Below are positions 28,027-36,644 of a stretch of DNA of 45,236 nucleotides, piece after piece; positions within the stretch are counted from its first letter, which is position 1, and the number at the start of each line of letters is the position of its first letter. The notes beneath the pieces were generated by a model. It did not search any database and had not been told where the DNA came from. It was given only the letters and a program-made list of their open reading frames with translations. Both the position numbers and the translations under genes were made by a program. The DNA comes from Escherichia phage CR01: the sequence record OR061068. The stretch is one strand, 5' to 3'.

Positions 28027-28280
28027 TGGTCAATTAAATGTCTGGTCTTATGGTCGCAGTGCATAGCCCACCCATACATCGACTCGAAGACATAAAAGTC
28101 AGGTTTGGCGAATGTCGTGCGCTTAATCTGCGACACGTGACGGCCTATATCTTTAGGCCGCGGTACTTTGCCTAAGTACGCCATCTCTTCCATCTGGTGC
28201 GCACCCGACGGCGCACGCAACAGCCACAGAGCCTCTGTGTTATCCCGCCTGTCCACGGCAAGGTAGAGTTGGTAAATCAT
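28008..28280 (-). CDS. hypothetical protein (90 aa)
   Basis: Track ORF in co-directional operon. Confidence 0.3.
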   Translation of the reverse strand: MIYQLYLAVDRRDNTEALWLLRAPSGAHQMEEMAYLGKVPRPKDIGRHVSQIKRTTFAKPDFYVFESMYGWAMHCDHKTRHLIDQWENRA

Positions 28281-28591
28281 TGTGCCTTCTCCTGCATTTC
28301 CAGAAAGACTATCATGGCCGCGCGGAGTGGCTTGCCATAGGCAACACCCACTTCTGTATCGTCGTCGTTAAATAAATCCCGAGCGTTTGACGTCGCACAC
28401 GGCATTGTCGGGTTATCTAAAATAAGGCTGATGTTGTTTTCTTCAATAATAGGCCACGCATCCTCTATCCGATTACAATAGTCTACCGCCCCAGAAGCTA
28501 ACTCCATCTGATGTCCTCGAGAAACATCGCCGTATAGCGTACGGCTAACCCGTGCATTAATTTCTATGTCTGTTAAATTTTCGTAGTTCAT
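28277..28591 (-). CDS. hypothetical protein (104 aa)
   Basis: Track ORF; start overlaps the downstream gene. Confidence 0.3.
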   Translation of the reverse strand: MNYENLTDIEINARVSRTLYGDVSRGHQMELASGAVDYCNRIEDAWPIIEENNISLILDNPTMPCATSNARDLFNDDDTEVGVAYGKPLRAAMIVFLEMQEKAQ

Positions 28592-28634
28592 AATTCCGAC
28601 CCTCAGTTAAAGCGGCCCGAAGGCCGCCAGATAG

Positions 28635-29153
28635 TTATTCTTCTTCGAAATACTTGTTCTTGATTGCCGTCAGGCGCTCCAGGTATTCAGCCAGGTCTTC
28701 GTCTTTAATCGCGGCAATCTTCATCTTCTTACCGGTGAACTCCTCCAGCAGTTCATCGGAATCATCGCACGCAGCATCACTCGGACCTTCATTAATCGCA
28801 TCGTCGATAGCCTGAATCTGGTCACGAAGAGACTGGTAATCGACCTCTTCTTTCTCTTCTTCTGGTTCTGGAGTCGGCTCCTCTACTTTGGCCTTACGCG
28901 GCTTGCGCTTCGGCTTCTCTTCTTCTGCTGGTTTAGTGTCAACGGTGTCTTCACCTTCAACAGGGATTTCTTTTGTTGCTTCTTTCGCAACAGTGGTCTC
29001 GATTGTTGCGGTTTCTGCGACACCACTGTCGACGTCTTTACCATATGGCGCCGTGATAGCCTTCGGCAGTTCGGTACGGCGTGCACTGTTCGCAGCAATC
29101 AGTTCATGCGCAACTACGAAACGTTCCAGTAATTTTAAGAATTGTTCTAACAT
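28635..29153 (-). CDS. hypothetical acidic low-complexity protein (172 aa)
   Basis: Central EEEKPKRKPRKAKVEEPTPEPEEEKEE region. Confidence 0.3.
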   Translation of the reverse strand: MLEQFLKLLERFVVAHELIAANSARRTELPKAITAPYGKDVDSGVAETATIETTVAKEATKEIPVEGEDTVDTKPAEEEKPKRKPRKAKVEEPTPEPEEEKEEVDYQSLRDQIQAIDDAINEGPSDAACDDSDELLEEFTGKKMKIAAIKDEDLAEYLERLTAIKNKYFEEE

Positions 29154-29175
29154 TTGTTTCTCCTGTTTATTTAGG

Positions 29176-29412
29176 TTACTCGCCGTCGCCTTCTGTAAGG
29201 CTATCGTCTATTAATTCAAATTTACCGTTTGAGTGTTGGATAGCTTCTTGCCCGCAATGGTCGCAAACCACCAGTTTATCGAATCCGTCAAACTCGTCCC
29301 CGACTACGCAAGAAAGTACAAATTTATGTTTTGTACATACTTCTTGCGGTTCACCGAAAATTGCCCGGAAACATTTAGCTATAGCTCCTGTGATTATGTT
29401 CATATCTGTCAC
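29176..29412 (-). CDS. hypothetical Cys-containing small protein (78 aa)
   Basis: Five Cys/His positions (C..C..C..C-DHC); ribosome-binding site GAGAGG before ATG; directly downstream of a consensus promoter. Confidence 0.35.
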   Translation of the reverse strand: MTDMNIITGAIAKCFRAIFGEPQEVCTKHKFVLSCVVGDEFDGFDKLVVCDHCGQEAIQHSNGKFELIDDSLTEGDGE

Positions 29413-29525
29413 CTCTCGTTTTGTATGGGCTAACTATAATAGCGAACTATTCACTTGTCAATGGGCTTTTCTAAAATAATTAATATGGTACTATTCACAT
29501 ATCAACTGACTAAGGAGTAATTGAC
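29413..29525. promoter_or_regulatory. divergent promoter region with two operator palindromes
   Basis: Minus direction TTGACA-N17-TATAGT around AATAG-TTCG-CTATT; plus direction a second TACTATTCA copy and ribosome-binding site AAGGAG before ATG 29526. Confidence 0.6.
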
Positions 29526-29741
29526 ATGCAACCATCTGAACTAGGCATCCGTGTAGAACAGCGCCGTAAAGAACTCGGCATCTCCCAGCGCCGTCTGGCT
29601 GTGCTGACCGGGGTTTCCCAGGGCGCAATTAACCAGCTTGCACTCGGTGTAACTCAGGACGTCCGCCCAGCAACGCTGTTTAAACTGGCGGAAGTGCTGG
29701 AAGTAGACGCCAAGTGGCTGGCGCTAGGTGAAGGGGCTTAA
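29526..29741 (+). CDS. XRE/Cro-like helix-turn-helix transcriptional regulator
   Basis: 71 aa; HTH signature LGISQRRLAVLTGVSQGAINQL; only + strand gene inside the minus-strand replication block. Confidence 0.65.
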   Translation: MQPSELGIRVEQRRKELGISQRRLAVLTGVSQGAINQLALGVTQDVRPATLFKLAEVLEVDAKWLALGEGA

Positions 29742-29757
29742 CGCCCCTTTCTTTTAC

Positions 29758-32014
29758 CTACTCCAAATCCTCCTCTGTCACCACCAGCATTTCATTCGGT
29801 TCGTATATTGTCTTCGGCCTTAATCTGTCCCCCATCTTTTCGGGTATCCGGTATGTGCCGGGGACAACTTCACCGTTAACATCACATCCGAGCATCAACT
29901 CCCCGTCTTTCAGCATCTTCTCGAGATGATGGTTGGTGATGGCGTGGTCCCCCGAGTTCGCCACTATCTGCCGTTGGGTAAAACCTCGTCCGGTGTCGTC
30001 GGACTGTTGCAGGTCTTCCAGCGCGGCGAGTATTGATTCCTTACGCCCTTCATCCTTCCCGCGTTTTACAGCATTATTTACGTTTTCTTTACCTTCTTTA
30101 GTTAACCCTTCTTCCCGCTCCTTCTCCTCGTCAGTTTTGAACGGCTCGAAGCCCCACGGCATCAGCACAAGCGCCTTGTGCGGCTCAGGCAGATCGAGGT
30201 TTACGATTGTGCCGTATTCCTCTGTGCTACCGAGGAACTCAACCGCACGGTATTCTTTCGGAGGCGGGGCTTCACGGAACTGTACCGACTCCAGAACCAT
30301 GCCAACCGTTTTCTGTTGAGGCCCATGCTTAAATTTCGAGTGGTATACGTTTATCTGGCGGCCGGTAGCGCGCTCAATTGTCAGCTCCACATCAACACCG
30401 GCATACAGCGCCCCGCTACCACGGGCTTTCTTTCCACCCTTAGGCGTATGGTGGACGACACCCACAGCGGCTTTAGTTGCGTCGCGTACTTTTTAAGGAT
30501 GGCGATAACTTTACCCATGCCAATTGCAGTTGATGAACTGTTCTCGTCGAACTTGTCAATTGTCAGGGCCAGCGTCTGGTTGAGGGTATCGAACGCGACC
30601 ATACCAATAGGCTCGTCCCCTGCAGCTTCACGCATCCTGCGGATTAGCGCGGGGATTTTTTATCACCATGCGCGGCGAGCACCTCACCCATATCAATGAC
30701 ATGTACGTAATCTTTACCTTCCTCGCCGTATTTAGCCGCGAGCGCGTCAATACGTGTGCGTGTAGCTGCGCCTCCCTCACCGTCGATATAGAAATGGTGG
30801 CAACGCTGGGTATCCGCCCCGGCAAACCGGTATCCGGCGGCGCTCAGGTACATCATCCCCAGCGTATAGAACGATTTGTACGTGCCGGATTCCCCAACAA
30901 TATCCCAGATACAATCTGACGGCATGTACCCCTCAACGACGAAATCAGCCTTTACCGGTTCCGGTAGCTCGTCCTCTTCTGAGTCATCATCGTCTTCCAG
31001 GTCGTCGAGGCTGCATGAAACAGATTCACGCGCACCCCATCCGATAGCCCCGGCGACTTCACTGAACGGCAGCCCAGTCGCATCACACGCGTATTTCCAC
31101 ACCTCTTTCGGCGACATGCCTTCGGTTGCCGTGATGTCGGTGTCGTGAATCATCGTTACGTTCGGCGCTTCATATCCCTCGCGCGGGAAGCATAGCAGGA
31201 AGTCGTCCGGACGCGGCGTCGGGTCGCTGTAGTTCTCTGCGTGTTCCGGTGTAGCTGGCATTTTTAGTCCGCGCGGCGTCATGATGCCACCGTACTCGAA
31301 CGCCAGTGCCTCAAACGCATCAGTAAACGCAGTGCGCAGTTCTTCCGGTATCTGGTAGTCAGATGCGCTGCTGATGTCAACGGCTGGGACGCCTTCCAGT
31401 AACTCATCAGGGTCAATCAGGTCGTTGCGGCGCGACCAGATAACAGTAGAGCCAACTGGCGGCAGGTACATCGGCTGCGACAGAGTGAACCCGCTGCGGT
31501 CCGCGCCCATGCCTTTGAAGAAGTGCTCCAGTAATCCATGGCGAACACGGATGATGTCGCCACCTTCAACCGGGCGGGCCAGCGGCATGACGACGCGAAA
31601 GCGCGGCGACTCGTCGGTATGTGATGCCGTGGTGTAGAGACACATCGCCTGGCGGCTGCGCTTAACCAGGCGCACCGCTTCCTGATACTCTTCCGGCGTT
31701 GTGCTGTCGAAGTCCAGGTACGCCAGCGACGATTTGCTTACAGACGCATCACAGCGATAGAAGAAGCCTTTGCGCGCCTGCTTAAAGTCACCGGTTTCCG
31801 GGTCTTTTACGGTGCTGTGCGTAGAGTCGCACGCGGCAGTGATATACCCCGGCGCGGTCTTAGGGCTAATCCCGTCACGAACGGCATCGAGCGGCTGGAT
31901 TAACTCTTTCAGGTCGTCCAGTGTTGCCGTGTGGGTAGTTCTGACGTTTATATCCTTTTTCTCTGCCCGCGCGTTGCGACGTGACCACGAGTAGGATAAA
32001 ATTACATCGGACAT
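29758..32014 (-). CDS. DNA primase-helicase (primase-like N-domain plus RecA/DnaB-like C-domain), split by two homopolymer frameshifts
   Basis: N-domain LAYLDFDS (DxD-type); P-loop-like GESGTYKS; C-region VVHHTPKGGKKARGSGALYAG resembles the DnaB H4 motif; frame changes at T6 run 30656-30661 and T5 run 30490-30494 repaired by adding one base. Confidence 0.6.
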
Positions 32015-32302
32015 GTTGTATATTCCTTAAGCAAGTAATTTGGCCTCGGCGTTCACCGCGTCGGGGCTTTCTTTTATTCCAGGTCTTCTAAAGTAGCGGT
32101 CATTCCGCGAACTTCGGCAACAGCACTATATTTCCCGCCAACATTTTTCACGACACCAGATTTAACCAGTACCTTCAACGACCCTTCAATAATGGCGGAA
32201 CTATAGTACCTAAAATAACTACGGCGCAAGTCCATAACGCTGCACGACCCTTTTTACAGGTTAATGAAACGACTGCCGTAAATACGCGGGACTGGAACTC
32301 GG

Positions 32303-32506
32303 TCATTTTACATTCTCCTTAATCCACGCTTCCACTTTCTCCAGGTCGAAAGTACCCGGCTGCCGGCGGCCCATAATACGGATACAACAATCCGGGAACT
32401 TCCCACTCTTTAACCAGTTATTCAGCGTGCGACGGGTAACCCCAATACGCTCGGCTACTTCATTCTGTGTCATTCTCAAACCCCCATTATCAGTTAACGA
32501 AACCAA
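32303..32506 (-). CDS. AlpA/excisionase-type HTH DNA-binding protein
   Basis: 67 aa; MTQNEVAERIGVTRRTLNNWLKSGKFP; preceded by a TTGATT-N17-TATACT promoter-like sequence. Confidence 0.55.
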   Translation of the reverse strand: MVSLTDNGGLRMTQNEVAERIGVTRRTLNNWLKSGKFPDCCIRIMGRRQPGTFDLEKVEAWIKENVK

Positions 32507-32509
32507 GTA

Positions 32510-32970
32510 TACATTGCGAATAATGGGAAATCAAACATAATCGCACCTATTGACATTAAGAAAATCTTCGTTTAAGGTGCTTCTATATCTTAGTTACTTT
32601 GATTCCTGTTCACCTTGTAAAACCCGCCGAAAACGAGCGCCCAACGCGAAGTGTTAGGCGGCAGTTTACTGAACATTCGAATTATCGTAACTTTCCTTCC
32701 TAAGTATCTCCGGTTGCCCTGGGCAAGCTCTATTCCCATCGGCGGAATATATCTTAAGTATCTGATTTTCTTAAAGTGCCGTAGATTCGCAACCGTAAAA
32801 ATGTAACGATTATTGGGCAGGCTTAGGGCCTGCCCTTTAGTTACCAAGTAATAAGAATAAAGGCACAACCCTACCTGAAGAATCACAACGGCAACGTAAC
32901 TATTCTCTTGCACACCCCAACATAATAGGTTACTATTCACTTATCGAAACGAGACATAAGGAATTTAGCA
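32510..32970. promoter_or_regulatory. 460-bp non-coding control region with divergent promoters and a terminator-like hairpin (candidate origin / ncRNA locus)
   Basis: No convincing ORF; TTGACA at 32552 with -10-like element; hairpin GGGCAGGC-TTAG-GGCCTGCCC plus T-tract at ~32816-32842; conserved cassette at 32905-32970. Confidence 0.45.
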
Positions 32971-33189
32971 ATGAACAAAGCGACTGCAAGCGTAGTTTCC
33001 GCAATCAAAGAAGTTTACGGCATCGATATTTCAGAGCGCGTAATTATCGGGAACAAACGCAGCTTCTTTACGTTCGACACCGACGGAATGGATGAAAATG
33101 ATTTTAACAACGTACAACGTTTCGCCAACGGTAAAGGGCTTCGTAACGAGCCTGCTGGTTACAAGAAATTCGCTATCTACTTTAAATAA
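32971..33189 (+). CDS. 72-aa early protein, paralog of the wrap-around gene
   Basis: MNKATASVVSAIKEVYGIDISERVIIGNKRSFFTFDTDGMDENDFNNVQRFANGKGLRNEPAGYKKFAIYFK; same length and ~80% identical to the wrap-around product; same promoter-leader cassette. Confidence 0.6.
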   Translation: MNKATASVVSAIKEVYGIDISERVIIGNKRSFFTFDTDGMDENDFNNVQRFANGKGLRNEPAGYKKFAIYFK

Positions 33190-33198
33190 GACAAAGGG

Positions 33199-33393
33199 GT
33201 GAGGGTTATGTTTAAGAAAGGTCAGTTGGTTAGGGATAAATTTAGCGGCGATTTATTCACTGTAATAGAGTCGAAGCTAATGTGGTTCGGTTTTGTTGAG
33301 GTTAATAGCGTAGCTGGGTTTGGTAAGGGACTGCTCCGTAAATGTGATTTAACACTCATCGGCAACAATTTTAAATTCAAAGGGGCGAAGTGA
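33199..33393 (+). CDS. hypothetical early protein (64 aa)
   Basis: Track ORF; ribosome-binding site AAAGGGGTGAGGG before ATG. Confidence 0.4.
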   Translation: MRVMFKKGQLVRDKFSGDLFTVIESKLMWFGFVEVNSVAGFGKGLLRKCDLTLIGNNFKFKGAK

Positions 33394-33632
33394 TGGAAGA
33401 ATTAATTTGCGTGAAAAGTAAATTAGCGGAGTTTAAGTCAGGACGTTTGTACAGCGGTTATTCAACACCTGATTACGATTATGTTATTGGTGAAACAGGA
33501 TGCGAATGGGTAGTTGACCAGTTCGGAGATGATGAGTTCGGTATATTTGATGGTGGACTGAGAGCCTCATTCACAACGGCATCGAATCATGATGCTCGTG
33601 CCGACGACTCTGAGGGAGGTTGCCGTGAATAA
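33390..33632 (+). CDS. hypothetical acidic early protein (80 aa)
   Basis: Track ORF with overlapping start/stop. Confidence 0.35.
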   Translation: MMEELICVKSKLAEFKSGRLYSGYSTPDYDYVIGETGCEWVVDQFGDDEFGIFDGGLRASFTTASNHDARADDSEGGCRE

Positions 33633-33898
33633 TTACCCGTTTATTTTAATTGTCAGCGCCGTTTATGCGGTGCACGCGTTGTGGGGGTTGGTGTGGTAGC
33701 CGCGGGATATGCTGTACATCTCTATTGTGATTGCGATGAGTGTAATTCAAAACAATGGAGTATGCCGGACTCAGGGAGTATACCGGGGAAACGTGGTCCG
33801 AGTGTGCAAGGCAAGCAAGGTCCGACGGTTGGGTGATAAGCAAAGACAGAACACGGTGCTATGCCCCTGGGCACAATGTTAGACGCAGGAGTTGAGTT

Positions 33899-34090
33899 AT
33901 GAAAAATTATGATGCGACTAAGTTTGACCAGGCGTTACTAATTAACAAGTTCTATGAAAGATACCCTTTGTCTGAGTTTAAAACAGATTCTGAAAGAGCC
34001 GAAGCACTTGGATATTTTATGGCTGGCGCCGAGTTGCAAAGGCTTGGAGATTTCATAGTGTACCCTGACTTAGAAGACGATGAGGACTAA
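33899..34090 (+). CDS. hypothetical acidic early protein (63 aa)
   Basis: Track ORF; C-terminus PDLEDDED. Confidence 0.35.
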   Translation: MKNYDATKFDQALLINKFYERYPLSEFKTDSERAEALGYFMAGAELQRLGDFIVYPDLEDDED

Positions 34091-34093
34091 GTT

Positions 34094-34285
34094 ATGAGAA
34101 TTCGTATAACAGAGGTGAACAGTTTTCAACCCGCACACTATGGTGACCATCCCCTATACCATTTTGGCGTGGCCGTCGGGGATGAGTTTGAGGTTGTAGA
34201 TGTGCATGGGTACGGGTTTATCGTCGAAACTGATGATGGACCGTTATTCATTAGACGTGGTGAATGTGAAGTTCTGGAGGACTAA
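34094..34285 (+). CDS. hypothetical acidic early protein (63 aa)
   Basis: Track ORF. Confidence 0.35.
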   Translation: MRIRITEVNSFQPAHYGDHPLYHFGVAVGDEFEVVDVHGYGFIVETDDGPLFIRRGECEVLED

Positions 34286-34435
34286 GTTATGAGAGAAGCA
34301 TTCGAACGGTGGGCTGTCGTCGAGGGTCTGCCGGTTAACAAAGGTTCAAAGAAAGAGTACCTGAACGTTAAGACGCGTCTAGCGTGGCGGGCGTGGAAAG
34401 CTGGTGTGCAAGCTGTGATGAATACGAGGTGAGAT

Positions 34436-34636
34436 ATGGGTAAGTGGATTAAGTGCAGTGAGCAGATGCCCGCTCCTTTCTCTCATGTACTTGTGACTGA
34501 TGGGGGAGAGGTTGAGATTAAATGGTTCGATGATGATTCGGATGAGTGGGATAGTTGGGATGAATTCAACTCTGTCATAGACAACGAGGATATAACGCAC
34601 TGGAGGAAATTGCCTAAACCGCCGAAACTGGTGTAA
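34436..34636 (+). CDS. DUF551-like small protein
   Basis: 66 aa; N-terminal GKWIKCSEQMP and C-terminal ITHWRKLPKPP match the DUF551 pattern common in enterobacterial prophages. Confidence 0.5.
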   Translation: MGKWIKCSEQMPAPFSHVLVTDGGEVEIKWFDDDSDEWDSWDEFNSVIDNEDITHWRKLPKPPKLV

Positions 34637-34771
34637 CAGGTCAATAGTTTACTATTTGACTGAGTGACTTACGCTGCTACACAGCAGCGTACAACTTTAG
34701 ATTAGTGTCGTCAAAAAGCGACACTTTCACCGAACGCAACAATAGAAGCGATTATTGCAGGAGATGCAACA

Positions 34772-35002
34772 ATGAAACTAACGAAACGACAGGCAGAGAC
34801 CCTACGGGAAATAGCGAACGGCAGAACTATGCTCATGGGCAGGTTCGACCGTTACTGGTGGCAAGATTCTGATGAGTTATGCACTATGGTCGCCAGACGC
34901 CTCCGTAGTAAAGGGCTTATAAGAACCGTGTACCTCAATGCTGCTCGTGATGTGGTTCAGATAACCGGAGCGGGTGAAAGCGAGTTACTAAAACACCAAT
35001 AA
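34772..35002 (+). CDS. hypothetical protein (76 aa)
   Basis: Track ORF preceded by a promoter-like region and two hairpins. Confidence 0.35.
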   Translation: MKLTKRQAETLREIANGRTMLMGRFDRYWWQDSDELCTMVARRLRSKGLIRTVYLNAARDVVQITGAGESELLKHQ

Positions 35003-35071
35003 AATTTACTTGCACACTGAGATAGAATAGACTACTATTCATTTACACAAACGAGAGGAGAGAGAGAGAAT

Positions 35072-35449
35072 ATGAGTAACAAAAACGAAGTATTCGAGTA
35101 CCTGATTGACCAGCTACGGCAGCAGGTAAATAACAACCAGTGCGAAGACCTGGCGCATGAGGTGCAGTCACTTAAGAATCAGTTGCGTGATGCGTCGGCG
35201 CAGATTAAGGAGTTGCATATTGCTTTGGCTACAGCTACCGGTGACGTAGAGGCGTACAAACTTATCCGTAAAGGTGGGCGCATTTCTGATGGTCAGAGCT
35301 ACGTAGTAGGTGAACACGGACCTGAGCAATCTGGTTGCTGTAAGGAAGACGTGAGGCTGTCTGTATGCCAGTGCGTTCCTGCCCACTGCGGAACTTACCA
35401 CGGCAATATCGTAGTCTGCGATAACCGCGGCGGGGTTATACCCGAATGA
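35072..35449 (+). CDS. hypothetical coiled-coil / Cys-rich protein (125 aa)
   Basis: Track ORF; preceded by a conserved promoter cassette copy (35005-35071) and ribosome-binding site GAGAGGAGAG; C-terminal CCKEDVRLSVCQCVPAHC. Confidence 0.4.
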   Translation: MSNKNEVFEYLIDQLRQQVNNNQCEDLAHEVQSLKNQLRDASAQIKELHIALATATGDVEAYKLIRKGGRISDGQSYVVGEHGPEQSGCCKEDVRLSVCQCVPAHCGTYHGNIVVCDNRGGVIPE

Positions 35450-35649
35450 CCAGCATCTTATTTATATGGGTGTTGCACGCGGGCCAGATGCACCTCGCGG
35501 CATCAGAAACGTTTTACTCGATGGAGGCGTGCCAGTCAGCGGCACGCGCCGCAGAGAACGCGCACTTCCTGTTTCAGGGCGACAAGCCCAACGATTCAGA
35601 GGTACGCGCTATCTGCTCACCTAAGCGACTTGGTAAACAGGAGAAGTGA
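35446..35649 (+). CDS. hypothetical protein (67 aa)
   Basis: Track ORF. Confidence 0.3.
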   Translation: MTSILFIWVLHAGQMHLAASETFYSMEACQSAARAAENAHFLFQGDKPNDSEVRAICSPKRLGKQEK

Positions 35650-35855
35650 TTGTGGTACAGAGATATTCTAAGTATGGGTCTGACAACCATTTCATTGACC
35701 GCCACGGGAAGTGGGTTAAGTTTGAGGACTACCAGAATCTTGACCTAAAGCTGTTGGAAGTTGAAGCCGAGTTACAGAAATACAAAGACCAGTTCCCGGA
35801 TTACGTCGAGTGCGCGAACTGTGGGTCAGTTACACATGTGGAAGGGGTGGAGTGA
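35646..35855 (+). CDS. hypothetical protein (69 aa) with C-terminal CxxC
   Basis: Track ORF. Confidence 0.3.
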   Translation: MIVVQRYSKYGSDNHFIDRHGKWVKFEDYQNLDLKLLEVEAELQKYKDQFPDYVECANCGSVTHVEGVE

Positions 35856-36148
35856 TGTCTCTTGCAACTGACATCCTGAAACGAAGCGGCCTTGCGCCGC
35901 TGTCGCCGAGAGCAAACACACGAATATACAAGCGCTGCCGTAATGCGCTGTACCCTGAGATTCAGGCCAGGCGCAAAGCTATCCGAGCCTGCGGATTCCA
36001 GAACGGGAAGGCCGTGAATCTCGGTGAGTTTAAAACACAGGAACGCGCCGCTATCGCTAATCGGCTATTTAATTACTGGAAATCGCTGGGGTACGATGAT
36101 ATTCCAACGAAACCGCAGAGACGACAATACATCTGGAGACACAAATGA
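35855..36148 (+). CDS. hypothetical basic protein (97 aa)
   Basis: ATG 35855 overlapping the upstream stop (TGATG); Arg/Lys-rich. Confidence 0.35.
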   Translation: MSLATDILKRSGLAPLSPRANTRIYKRCRNALYPEIQARRKAIRACGFQNGKAVNLGEFKTQERAAIANRLFNYWKSLGYDDIPTKPQRRQYIWRHK

Positions 36149-36585
36149 CGACTATCGCGTTTGACGGAAAGACAATGGCCTGTGACACACGTGTTGTGTG
36201 CGGGAGTAACTGCTACAACACAGACACAAAGATATACGAGAATGATACTTATGTTATAGGGGTAGCGGGTGATGCTGGAGTTGGCACTATGCTTATCGAC
36301 TGCCCGTATATCCTCCAGGCCAGACCATACGAATTCGATTTCGAAGCCCTGGTGTTCGTGAAAGACACAGAAAAGGTGTACAAAGTCGCGTTCTATAAAT
36401 CATGGGATTGTGCACTTAGTTCAGTTATTCCGGTTGCTGATGTGTACGCCGCCGTGGGGTCTGGCTCGCCATATGCATTAGCCGCTATGGAGTGCGAATA
36501 TTCGGCGCATGGCGGCGTAGCCGTTGCATCGAAGTTCGACACTAACACCGGCGGCAAGATTATTACCAAACAACTATTAGGATAA
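36145..36585 (+). CDS. HslV/proteasome beta-subunit-like Ntn-hydrolase
   Basis: 146 aa; starts MTTIAFDG (Thr directly after Met), VIGVAGDAGVG and AAVGSGSPYALAAMEC align with the E. coli HslV motifs TTIVSV, VIAGFAGG and IAIGSGGPYAQAAARA as recalled. Confidence 0.45.
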   Translation: MTTIAFDGKTMACDTRVVCGSNCYNTDTKIYENDTYVIGVAGDAGVGTMLIDCPYILQARPYEFDFEALVFVKDTEKVYKVAFYKSWDCALSSVIPVADVYAAVGSGSPYALAAMECEYSAHGGVAVASKFDTNTGGKIITKQLLG

Positions 36586-36644
36586 TTCCTACCCGTGGTA
36601 TCCTCCAGTTACTGCATACTTAATACGCACCTGGAGGATTCATC

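Noticed and set aside
29526-29741. Lysogeny module (repressor plus integrase) suggesting a temperate phage
   Set aside because: Only a short Cro-like HTH protein and an AlpA-like HTH protein are present; no integrase, recombinase, excisionase partner or attachment-site repeat was seen, so a temperate lifestyle is not supported.
32590-32940. 116-aa minus-strand ORF in the ORF track
   Set aside because: It lies in the non-coding control region, has a low-complexity Tyr/Leu/Arg-rich composition, no ribosome-binding site, and overlaps promoter and hairpin elements; treated as spurious.
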